64,000 bases of DNA from Phoronis australis (lineage: Eukaryota > Animalia > Phoronida): positions 146,512-210,511 of the forward strand of contig NMRA01000192.1 of NCBI GenBank assembly GCA_002633005.1, read 5' to 3'. A model generated the notes under the pieces. It did not search any database. It was given only the letters and a program-made list of their open reading frames with translations, and was not told where the DNA came from. Shown one piece after another: positions 53,226 through 64,000 of this stretch (positions are counted from its first letter, which is position 1; each line of letters starts with the position of its first letter). A program made the translations under genes and the position numbers.

Positions 53226-53297
53226 CATGGGCGGGGCAGCACTGAAATAAGTTGAGTGGCTATAGCCCCCCCCAGGCCCCTTTGGTGCGCCGCCCTT
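53226..53297. mobile_element. Small MITE-like repeat; related copy at ~63478-63547
   Basis: CATGGGCGG-GCAGCACTGAAA...GCCCCC...GCGCCGCCCTTG. Both loci have a similar start and body. Confidence 0.45.
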
Positions 53298-54064
53298 GGA
53301 ACATGGCAACGCAACAATGAAATAAGTGAGGCTGTAACCCCCCAGAACCCTATGGGTGCCGCCCATAAACCTTCAGTGGCTATTAACCAAAGTGTCCGCG
53401 GTGGCGGCAGCGTCGGCGGGCGCGGCGGCGGCGGCGGCGCAGAAAATCATTGCTCCTTTATTTGTATGAAAATACTTTACAATAAAGACAAATATGTACT
53501 GTTAGATACGATGCAATGTCCAGTCAGCAGTAGAGCTCTCGCAGGCATGCGCACAAACCGTCGGAGTGTTAATTGTCTGCATCCTCAACGACGTCTCGAG
53601 TACCAAAGCTCTCGAACTCACTCATCTTGTGATAGACTTTTCCATTGTTTACCAGGGTCACGTGTCTTTAGTGGTCGTGCAAAGCTTCTGTTCTTGTAGC
53701 TCGGCATTCCACTGACGAAGTCATTTGTTGACAAAATATTTAGTTTTGACTATAAATTTATCGTTTTTTAGTCTCCGTTTTTAATTTCGTTTTACTTCCC
53801 AACTCACGACGAACAAGGCAGTTTGAAGTTTATCCAGCTTTATGTAAGTATTTTGTCCGATGTATTACAATGACAATCCAACAACGTTAACAGGTTAACT
53901 TTGCGCACGCAAAATACTGTTTTCCACAAAACTAGCTGACGCAATCACTTACAATAGCAATCATACATATTTGTATAGTGACTTTTTAAGCAAACCTACA
54001 AGCAACATAAACAAAGCTTAATAAATGAATGTCAACCCTTGAATTCATTCATTGGCGTTGCAAA

Positions 54065-54709
54065 TTAAAGAACTTGCAATGTGTACACAATTCCTCTTTG
54101 CCCAAGAAGCCAACCCTCACGTTCCTTTACAGTTAACAACTTAGCTTTTCCATCTTCTTCCAATTTTCTTAAAGAATTCTCGTATTCTTCTGGCTTGTAT
54201 GGCGAGTCGTACTCCGTATTCATTCCAAAAGTAACCAATCCGCCTTTCTTCACCACTCTAATGAACTCATGCAGAGCGTCGAAGTGTAGACCTCCAGGAT
54301 AGAACGATCCAGCAGCGACGGCCGCGTCATAGGCATCCGCCTCCAATCCTGGTGTCGGCGAAGACGAAATAAACTCACAATAAATGTTCTTGTACAAATT
54401 CTTCTTTCTGGCACGTTCCAACATTTCCACGTTTGCGTCAACAGCGTCGATGTTTGTAAAACCACACCGATGGAGCTCTTTGGCGACTAACCCCGTACCG
54501 GCAAGAAAATCAATGATGCGGACGTCTTTGCGAGAGCCCAACGCTTGTGAAAGAACTGTCGCTGTCATGATTGGAGCTTGGTAAGTTTGCTCAGTTAAAT
54601 CATCGTCGTAATTGTTGGCCCACTTGTCATACTTGGAATGTCCTCCAGTTAAGATATGACTTAGCATATTTTTCACTTTTCCATTACTCCCCAGTCCTTG
54701 AACATCCAT
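54065..54709 (-). CDS. METTL27-like: Intronless class I SAM-dependent methyltransferase, METTL27/WBSCR27-like, 214 aa
   Basis: Intact ATG-TAA ORF with YDKWANNYDDDL...YQAP, motif I IIDFLAGTGLV, GFTNIDAVD...EMLERARKKNLY, YDAAV and EFIRVVKKGG. Confidence 0.85.
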   Translation of the reverse strand: MDVQGLGSNGKVKNMLSHILTGGHSKYDKWANNYDDDLTEQTYQAPIMTATVLSQALGSRKDVRIIDFLAGTGLVAKELHRCGFTNIDAVDANVEMLERARKKNLYKNIYCEFISSSPTPGLEADAYDAAVAAGSFYPGGLHFDALHEFIRVVKKGGLVTFGMNTEYDSPYKPEEYENSLRKLEEDGKAKLLTVKEREGWLLGQRGIVYTLQVL

Positions 54710-57700
54710 CTTCCTGCTTGATCCGTTGAATACCTTTACTGTGTTGAAAGCACCACTGACGCAGCAGCTTTTTGTATCCTAAATGCGCCGATAACGAACC
54801 GGTATAACCCGGATAAAAGCAGCGAACGCTTTACTGCGTTGAGTAGATTACGCACATCCACTTGATGAAATGTCAACTTCATTTCACGAAAGCTACAATA
54901 CAAGGGACAATAGCCAAGCCTTTTCCCGGGTAAAAGGAGACACTTTTTGTATGGTCCCTGTCAGTGCATTGCCCCTGGTTCTATGTACTCTACAGTGAAT
55001 GGTCTCCAGTAAGTCAATACATTCCGTTTATTGTAGTACTAAGGCCTCCTGTCCATATACATGGTTTTGCAATACAAAGTTACTTAATTATTTACATCGT
55101 CTCTTCTACCAGCAGCCAACAAACACTGAGCTAAATATAAAATGCTACTGGTCGTTCCTAAAAGATGAAAGCTGTCCCGCTTACCTTGTGCACAAACTAC
55201 GCGCGTGCGTACCAGAACCGAAAATTTTAGGAGCGCGACTCGCGTCACCAAGTTTTCATTGACGCACTGTAATTGTTTAACTTCGGTCAACGTGCGCATT
55301 GAAACTGCGAGCAATCACGCTTTATTTTGTGAAAATGCACAATCCATTTTGATTATACAATGGTTAACTTGCGGTATGACGTCTAGCATATTGTAAAAAT
55401 ACATAATCCAACTGTGGGTGAAATACCGTTAGCCGCTTGGACAAATCACTAATCGCGTAACAAGATAGAAGAAATCACACACACTGAAAGCCCCTTTCGT
55501 CTAAAAAGACATTTGTATTAATATACTAACGTTAACCATACTAGATTCCTCCAAACAAATCCATAGATCTGAGGTTTTGTGAGTCGATTGACCCGAAGCC
55601 TCACGCATGTGGGACTCCATTGCATGCGCGCACCGAGCTTAAAATATAAGGGGGACTCGAATTTTTCGGTACGCGGACCCATTACCGACAAAATCAACTA
55701 GGACTAAAAAAACGGGACCACTAAGCTCAGGCCTACGGATTGTGCATTCCCGCCGAATTCCTGTGGACTTGGTGGACTTTTGTCTCGTTTGCTCAGACTT
55801 TTTGTTTCACTGAGCAGGAACCTTCTTTATTACAAACGGACAATGTGAATCGACTCACTATTGGTCTAAAGCATACACATATTGTGCTTTATTTGACATT
55901 GGAACAATCAAAAGTAACGTTTACAAAATATAGACTAAAAGGCGTTCTACCAGTTTTCGGCCTTTCGCCCCTTGCCTGCAGATATTCATTTCCTGAAATG
56001 ATTGCCTCCCCTTAATTTGCATGATTTGAAATGCAAGAAATGAATTTGCCAAACAGTGTAATGTGCACCATATATTGTGGCTTTCACTCCACCTTACGTG
56101 AGTCTGTGGGCTCCTTGTGCATACCTAGTTTTGGAAAAGGTTTATCATTTGCAAACCGCACTTTTGTTTGTAATCCTACTTTGTTTGAAATATAAAACGT
56201 ATTTGTGACAAAAATGTTGACTGTAAAAGTATAATAAACCAGAAAATTGCGAAAATTTCGTCAAATATGAGACCAAATGTTAGTGATAAATCGATTGAGG
56301 CAACTTCCGAAAGATAAAAGCTAACTTCATCAATACAGCAACTTTCTTTGTCCAAACAACCCTCCCCTCCAAAATTCACATATTGGTGGCATTAATTTGT
56401 TGTCAAACACTGTTTTCGACATTTACTGGCTATTTTAGTTTACTCTGCATAGATCTCTATCACACAAGTGCTCATACGCTATGCCCAACTCGATACCGTG
56501 GATACGTGTATGATACCAGAGAACGTGCAAGCGTGCACTTACATTTCCAACCAATAGATGACGAGGAAAATGGTGTATTCCAGTTTTCTAACCGCAAAAA
56601 CGTCCCTAGAACTTGGGGAAGATTTACTTCTTTAAAAGACTCGTTTTTGGTCTCAAAAACGCAAGTTTGGAATTACCGTTGAATGGTATAGACGTTTTGA
56701 AGCTATTTGCTTTGACCAGAGCTACAATAAGATCCGTTATGTTTTTATGATTTTATTACAAATCGCGAACTCTCGTCGTTATCTGTCAGATATTCGCTGC
56801 CCCGTCTTTACCATTTAATAGGTATTATCTGAGAAAACCTGCAAAATTTCAAAATGTTGGCGGAGGCAAGTTAAAATTCATGGATTTTGAGTATAGTTTT
56901 TTATGAATAATATATGTCAATCTCTCAATTTCAATATGGCGTGGAAAATATGATGCAAACGTTTAAGTGTTGTCAGCACGCCATCTGTTGGCCATATCAC
57001 GTGACCCAATGAATAGTTTCTAATAAGGTTATGAAATAATAATGGAGAAAGTAATTTTAAAAACATTAAAATGATATTTGTGTGAATTTCAGCACATCCA
57101 ATATTCCTCTGTATTCCTATAGGAGCTATGGCTAACAAGTATGTTATTTCAAAAGGGTTTTATAAAAAAATGGTTCCAAACTATTTCGAGCGGCCTATTT
57201 TCCTACACCAAGCTAAGATGAAATAAAAAATATTTCATCGTCAAAACCGTAGGAGCTTTTAGAAGTGAGAAAAACGATTTTTACACAAACCGTACACACT
57301 GAGCACAAACTCTACCTGCACGAGTCGTGAAAGTCGCGGGAATTACTGTTATAATTTTCGCCGCCATGATAACGATCATTTTTACAGAAACACAAACGCG
57401 ACCTTGTCTTGACAGTCGCGGCATTTATTGCGTTAATTTACGCCATCGTGCTGGCACGTCAGAGAGCAACGCCCCAGTTAAGATTGGACAACAATTCCTA
57501 TGATCCTATAATTGAGAAACTTTGGCAAGCGATCACGTTTGCATGTGCTAGCAGCTCCAAACTTGCCGCGTGCCGGCTAAGTGAGTAAAGTGTTACATGG
57601 CGTGGGATCGTCTGCCTTGCAGTCAAGTCTACTTTTCCCGGTCCGTCGTCGGTTGACTTCGAAATTCTATTCATCAAAAAACCATTCAGTTTGCAAAATC

Positions 57701-59199
57701 TGTTATTCTAAATTATCTCTTTTGATTGCCAATTAACACTTTCTTGTTTGCTGTCGGCAATGGGACTGAAAAGAAGACATTTAAGCACTGGCACGACTGC
57801 CGCCAGCCTCCCTCCGAAAATATTCTGCATTATTTTTGCTCGTTTCAGGTGATCTTTCTTTTTTAAAAGGTCATCAACTAAAATACCACACGTGCTTCAT
57901 AATCTTTATTTTCCAGCTGGTAATATAAAATTTAAAGCAAACAATTTCTCATAAATATTTATCAGTTACAACAAAATACCAACATCAAGCACATTCAACT
58001 ACTTACTTTTTAAAAAATCTATTTATTTTCACTCAGTTGTAACACGACATAAATGTAGTTTCACCTCTTTTAAAAATCGTCTCAACCCAATCCAATGTTA
58101 TGGAGTTCAATAAGTGATTTTTACGTTCCCCCTTTTTATGAAAATGTGCGACTATCGGAAAAGCTTGACCAAAATTTTTTGGCAACATGCGTTTTGGGGG
58201 CGAAACGCTGCGATGATGAACCTCACCAGCCAATGAAAAAAAAACATTCATGTAACATCGTGATGGGATTTTTCGCTGATGAATTTGCCTTCGAAGAAGG
58301 AATAGGCCCATTCTATTGTCTTTGCATCTCAAAGAGTCGCTTCTTTCGTGTTAGAATACAATTCTTGGGTAGGCTAAACCCTGGTGCGCGTGATGTTTAA
58401 GAGTTGCACTCAGTCGCAGTTGTCGGCTGGTGCACACGTGGTTGCAAGCGTCTGCGAGTAGTTGTCTATAGACAGTATAATAATTCCCACACTTGTCTGC
58501 GCTTGACAGAAGTTTTCAAAGAAATTTGTAGTGTTGTAGATTCACTGTTCTTACTAAACAGCATTGTAAAAGAATCACGACTAGCTTGGCACGTTTTTGC
58601 ATTGCTGGTTAAAGTCATGTGATCCGTTTTAAAAACACTGTGCATCTGCATAAAAACCATTGAAACATACTCTCTGATACTTAATTAGAACTTTTCTTAA
58701 GTATGAGATCGATATGCTGCCTGTACATACTTTTTATTTTATTTTATTTTTTATTTTCCTAAAATCTGCGTGATCAAAACAAACGAATATTACTCATAAT
58801 GCTGTGCGGTTTGACCTTCGAAGACGAGAAGTTCAACTTAGGCAATTTATTCGTATCTTGAACATTTTGATGACGATATTGCTCCCTGTATGAGCTGAAC
58901 ACTCTAACTATTACGCTTAGGATTAGATGAAACCCTTACCTGGGAGAAATTACGTATTGAATTTGATAGTAATCGTTGTGCTCGACTCGCTGACTGAAAC
59001 TGAGTGTAATGTTATTGTGGTTGGATAGATCCTGTTTGTCACTCGATGGTCGTGGGTTGGATTTCTACCTGCTAGCAATTTTCTGACTTTGGACTTGAAT
59101 TGCAAAGTTATTCGTGGATTTTCATTGTCATAAGAAAAGCATTGTCTATCACCAGGGACTCTATACTCTACTAGTCAGTTGGCTAGTCCACTTAAACAC

Positions 59200-59900
59200 A
59201 AAGCAGTGGGTCAGCGATGACAGCCCCAGGTTGAATGCAAGCAAATTTGGGTAGTGTTGGTAGACCGAAGCTTGTTGCGAGAAAAATGAGATCATACAAA
59301 ACCATGCGTGGGAATAAGAGGCAACAAATGTGATGCCTGTTATTCAGTAGAGAAATCAAGGTTCTCAAATTGCAGGACACTGGTAGTGATCGTGTCCTTA
59401 TTACAAGACAATGTACTATGAATGGATATAAACAAAAGCAGATCAGTAGGAGCAGTAATCAAGGTTGAACAGGTTACAGCTCAGGTGACTGGGTATTTTG
59501 GCTTTGTATTATCGGTGGTATGGTCTCGATTGCGGAAATAAGGGGCTGGGGATAGGGGAAGGTTGATGAAAGTGCTTGCTTTTATCTTATGTACCCCTTC
59601 TCGGAATTTTAGTATGCGATTAGACTCTTCCAGACTCACTTTATCAAGAACACAATCCATCAGTTTACAGGGCAGAGGGCCTAACGAGTGCTTCGAAAAA
59701 CAGTGCCCTCCTTGAATGTCAGCTGTTATCAGAATTCCAGCATCAGTATTGACAAGTTAACACAGGAGCTAAACTTAATTGGTCTGAAAACAGTTAGAAC
59801 ACTGAAGTTTCAACTGAATTTGAGGTACACTCACAGTTTTGAATAAATGTGCACCCTGAAATTTATCGATCAATGTTATCCATGAACTTCTCAGACTGGC
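59200..59900 (-). mobile_element. Possible highly decayed LINE RT fragment
   Basis: Only an FRPI/SLAPVL-like motif (with a frameshift, ~59760-59795) and a DKVS-like motif (~59635) are recognisable. Boundaries are approximate. Confidence 0.25.
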
Positions 59901-61463
59901 AATTTGTATGATTGTCATGTTTTAAAGGATCATAGTAGTGTGTATCACCGCTGCACCAGCAACAATAACAAGACTCAAGCAACAGTGACAACATGATCAG
60001 AGTACTGTGAGCCATGTGCAGAGGAATGGGTTGAGCTTAGGTGGCAATTGATGTTCGGTCTCTTCACATGCAGGTATGCTTTGAATACAATGCAAGAAAC
60101 AGTCTCGTTTCTTAACGCAATGGAACCGGTTTATACGTAACCTTTGTGTTATCAAATCCCTCTTGTTGTTATCTTTTATCACTAATCACACAACTGTAAT
60201 AAGTAACAAAACTGAAGCCTGTAATAAAATACATTTGCTAAGCATCACTAAAAATATGCCACATGGAATGCTGACTTAAATCGTGGTTGGGAATGGACCA
60301 CTGGCTTTTTGAAGGACAACACCAGTTTGCAGCTATCCTGACACCAACAACTTAATTAGAATGAGAATGGTGCTGTGCTTAGGTTTATCAGCTTCATTCA
60401 ACTGTCCACTGCTGGCAAATTAATCGAGTCAGGGTCGTGTCTATATATGCTGGTGTAATTTGCGGAAGACTCACCAATTAAAATGATTAGAAGTAACTCT
60501 AGAACATGCAGAATTGCCGTTAGATATTGCGAACGGGCCACGGAATCGGTTCATTTCAACTGGAAAGCACGCGCATCATTGTCTGCTTCGTTGGGCATAT
60601 GTCACAAGTAAAGTTTTGTTTTGCAAAGTTTAGGTCCGAAATTGTGTTTCACAATGTTGTTTGCTGTAATACGATGTCTATAAATACTTACGACCCGTTC
60701 GCAGACGGGTTACGTGTCTGGTATCCATCTGCGTCCTTGATATGGGCACGTTACGACAGGTGATTGACTTCATAGTTACGCCGAACTGAGAAATAGAAAA
60801 ACTGTCCCTATGGGTCCCACGTGACCTGAACTCTACAGGTGAAACTCACTGGTTCCCTGCGTGCCGCTAGGTGGGGCGGTAGCCGCGCCACTGAGCACGC
60901 ATCACTTAATTTCCTTCGGGAATTTTACACCGGCGTTTCTGATTTGCTAGTCGAATTCTCAACAGGCAGCGCTTTACGCAACCAAACTGGCATGACTGAT
61001 GGACTGAAGTGTAAATGTGGTCTGTTGTACAGACAATTCGGTGCTTAGTGTTCAGGAAATGTGAAGACTCGAAATTGTGATTGCGCCTTTTCGGAATGCA
61101 TCTTTCTACTGTCGATGACTTTTGTTTAAGATAGTGTCCAGTATTCATACAGTAGAATAACCCACCGTGTTTCATGCCGTGAGAGAGTAGAGTAGATGAG
61201 CCCTCGGACAGCTTCGCAAGATCGGTGGGTCTCGCCTTCTGTCCTTGCTGTGGTAAGTTGGTGTGGACGTGGATCGAGGGCAGGACCTGGTAGGCTGGTG
61301 GTGGTAGAGGTGGTGTTCTTCATCTTCTTCTGGAGACGAGACGCTGGCTGGATGGCAACAGAGTTATTGACATCTTAGGTGTGAAGCTGGCTTGATGACA
61401 ACAGCTTAGAGTTTGATTCGCATGAAGCCGGCTTATTGGCAACAGCTGTCATGCTACTGATTG

Positions 61464-61615
61464 GTTGTCTTTATACTGCCCCATTGGGACAATTTTTTCC
61501 GTTGTCTTTATACTGCCCCGTCGCCTCTTCGGAACAGTTACCAGTATTGTAGGGCCCGAACCCTTAGTGCTCCGGTACATGGTTGTCAGGAAATTTCGGT
61601 TGTCTTTATACTGCC
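61464..61615 (-). repeat. Three exact 17-bp direct repeats containing TATAAAG on the minus strand
   Basis: GTTGTCTTTATACTGCC at 61464, 61501 and 61599. Confidence 0.75.
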
Positions 61616-62462
61616 TGTACTTAAAAGGGGACTGTAGTCAAAATAATGTTGCAGTTAATCGGTTCCAACCTACAAATAAAACTCACATTTGCCCGNCGGT
61701 TTTTTTTTTTCTTTAATGTATCTGATATGAAATTGATGATTTTAAGCACCTTGACGTGTATTTGGCTTCAAAGTGTTGGAAATAACAGTTTCATCAAGCG
61801 CGCTACGTGTGAAGGGGGAATTCTAATAAAAGTTGGATTGGATGTGAGACAAATAGTACTTACGATCTGTTTGCCCGGGTAACGCTGAGTTAGAAAGGTC
61901 GCCAGTCTGCAATTAAAATGAATAATTGTACGATTTAACTTCCGTACCATTCCGAAGACATTTCTGAGAACAAAGAACCCTATTGAAAGTAATTTCTTTT
62001 GCGTATTAGAAGGTCGGACACTATTACTGTTACAACCTAAAATGCAGTTTTGCGATATTTGTTAGATAAGAAAAACTTTTTGACGTTATTAGGTTTGACA
62101 TTATTTTGGTAAGTTTATTACAAATCTTCAATCCTCGTCTATGTCTGCCATCTGAAATCTAGCTGAGACTAACAATTAAAAGGGGACTGTAGTCAAAATA
62201 ATGTTGCAGTTAATCGGCTCCAACCTACAAATAAAACTCACATTTGCCCGACTTGCGCGCCAAACAAAAGCCGATTAGTATTTATGGTCAAAACGCTGAA
62301 TCCTGAAATCGATCGCTGATTGGCAGATGTGTCAGTGACGTGACCGGCGGGGTTTCGGCTGCTTTTCGTATTCATTTCTTATGCAATATTGTGAAGAGTT
62401 TATCTTTGTATCAGTCGTCCTTATTTTCTTATAGTTGACTAAAGTCTTGTAAAAGGTTCGCC

Positions 62463-63002
62463 ATGTCTTTTTGTATGGCACCAGGTTGTTCAAACTCCTC
62501 AAAAAACCGGTCTTGTAAGGGAAGGGACATCGCATACCATCGGTTGCCTCTGCGTAACGTACCATTGTTGAAGTTGTGGGTGTCAGCATAGATGGTGTCA
62601 GCTATGAAGCTGAAGAATCCGTCCGTGAATAAGCAAGCCGGGTTTGTAACGACCATTTCTTTGATGATGACTATGTGAAGGACATTAGGGCAGAAATAAT
62701 GAAAACGAAACCGAGGAGGATGTTGAGGGAGACGGCGGTTCCATCACGGTTTGACTTCGGCATGACTCTCCACGCCGATAGAGCCACGGTGAATGCGAGA
62801 CCAACTTCGTTGGGGGAGAAACAAGTTTCTTCCAGTAGAAAAGCAAGAATTGCGGAAAAAGAACGTCGAATCCTTTTGAAAGAGGTACCACGCCGATAGA
62901 GCCACGGTGAATGCGAGACCAACTTCGTTGGGGGAGAAACAAGTTTCTTCCAGTAGAAAACCAAGAATTGTGGCAAAAGAACGTCGAATCCTTTTGAAAG
63001 AG
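62463..63002 (+). pseudogene. THAP zinc-finger (C2CH) pseudogene exon
   Basis: MSFCMAPGCSNSSK...YHRLP...LLKLWVSA[15-bp insertion with TAG]MKLKNP...[frameshift]VCNDHFFDDDY...LRETAVPSRF. Ends at a GAG|GTATGT donor. Confidence 0.85.
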
Positions 63003-63005
63003 GTA
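62770..63005 (+). repeat. 118-bp direct tandem duplication
   Basis: 62770-62887 is repeated at 62888-63005 with about 3 substitutions. Confidence 0.92.
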
Positions 63006-64000
63006 TGTTGCAGTTTCCGATTATAATATAACACTGTTTTATGAGTTTATTTCAACTTCTAGCGATCTTTACATCGTATACCTGACGTGACTAATATTAG
63101 TAATAGTATGATCTTTGCACATCCCGTTCTTGTGTCGTTGCGTGTATTTAGCTTGAGTGTTTTGGTTTGGAAATCTCTCTAACCATGAAGTATACTGGCT
63201 GGCTATGTATGTTCGTATATCTAGGATTATGCTATGTTCAAGCTGGATATTGTAGTCGACACTTTTGTCTTTGTAAACCGCCGCTAACTCCACTTGAACT
63301 TCTTACGCTACAGCGATGTTAGTACGAAGTTTTAGTTAGAGTGCCACAGCCCTGCCACTGACTGACCGACGATTTTTTGTTGAGAAATTGTTACACATTA
63401 GCATTATTACTGTGGCTGCGCTATCCTAATCCCTTGTGGCCGGCCTGCCCATTGTTTTCTTGGAAAACCTGAAAGGGCATGGGCGGCGCAGCACTGAAAG
63501 AAATGGGGGGCTAAAGCCCCCTCAGCCCCCCTGTAGTGCACCTCTTATACGCCATGTAAATCGCTAAAAAAGTCTGGAAACTTGGAATAGAATAGGATCT
63601 GCCACTCTGTTTTAGGTAAGCACTACACAACGCACACCAATTGTGAACTACGCATATGCTATTGGTGGCCTTGCACTCGTGAATACCGACCCTTTATAAA
63701 GTTTGCTTTTGACTTGTTTGACCTAGGAGTGACTATTATTTTTCTGTACCTAGTTGGATACTTCGTTGAAATTTGCAGACCAGTTTTAGGAAAAACTTTG
63801 TGCATGGTGTCCAAATAATACAGATATATTACTTTAATGTTTATGTGTGTTGATTTCTTTGTTTCGGAGCATTATCGGTGTGTCCCTGCTCTAGCTATAG
63901 TATCAATAGAAGTTTAGATTTAAATTTTTCTGAAGTTTTACAGATTTTCAATTTTAGATCGTAGATGAATCTGTGATTCTTTGGGGTCATTTTAGATTGT

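Larger units (their letters stand above)
62180..63005 (+). mobile_element. 5' part of a Kolobok-like DNA transposon with a THAP-domain first exon
   Basis: TTAA|AAGGGGACTGTAGTC terminus; the same ~70-bp end occurs at 61625-61695 with a different flank. Followed by a THAP pseudo-ORF. No right end or DDE domain is seen. Confidence 0.5.

Noticed and set aside
52590-53255. Poly-Q, poly-C, poly-L and poly-A ORFs
   Set aside because: Translations of a 21-bp minisatellite plus an N gap; open in most frames with no gene context.
53256-53699. 147-aa ORF with a Gly-rich stretch
   Set aside because: Built from MITE fragments and a GGC run; GTG start and no domain.
61464-61615. CRISPR-like repeat-spacer pattern
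   Set aside because: Only three 17-bp repeats with unequal spacers, no cas genes, and a eukaryotic context.

Overview
This is repeat-rich, AT-rich animal (invertebrate-like) genomic DNA from a gapped draft assembly. It is not prokaryotic, and no rRNA or CRISPR array is present. The main gene lies on the minus strand at 24358->18080. It has two exons and one GT-AG intron (20304-20756) and encodes an ~1941-codon mosaic receptor: signal peptide, several CUB-like domains, two C-type-lectin-like domains, about 7 LDLa modules, LRRs, an LGR hinge and a rhodopsin-type 7TM (GRL101/RXFP-like). The 5.8-kb frame is intact except for one in-frame TGA at 18899-18901. That TGA sits at the end of TM1, in a UGA-C context, with an in-frame ATG two codons later. 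A decayed tandem paralogue (4750->beyond base 1) has frameshifts and domain-sized deletions. An intronless METTL27-like methyltransferase lies at 54065-54709 (-). The rest is mostly transposon debris: two ISL2EU-like deletion derivatives, a ~5.2-kb foldback element, a Tc1/mariner-like IR-DR element, Gypsy and LINE RT fragments, hAT-like MITEs, and a THAP pseudogene behind a Kolobok-like end that carries a probable excision footprint. All family assignments were made by eye and need HMM or repeat-library confirmation.
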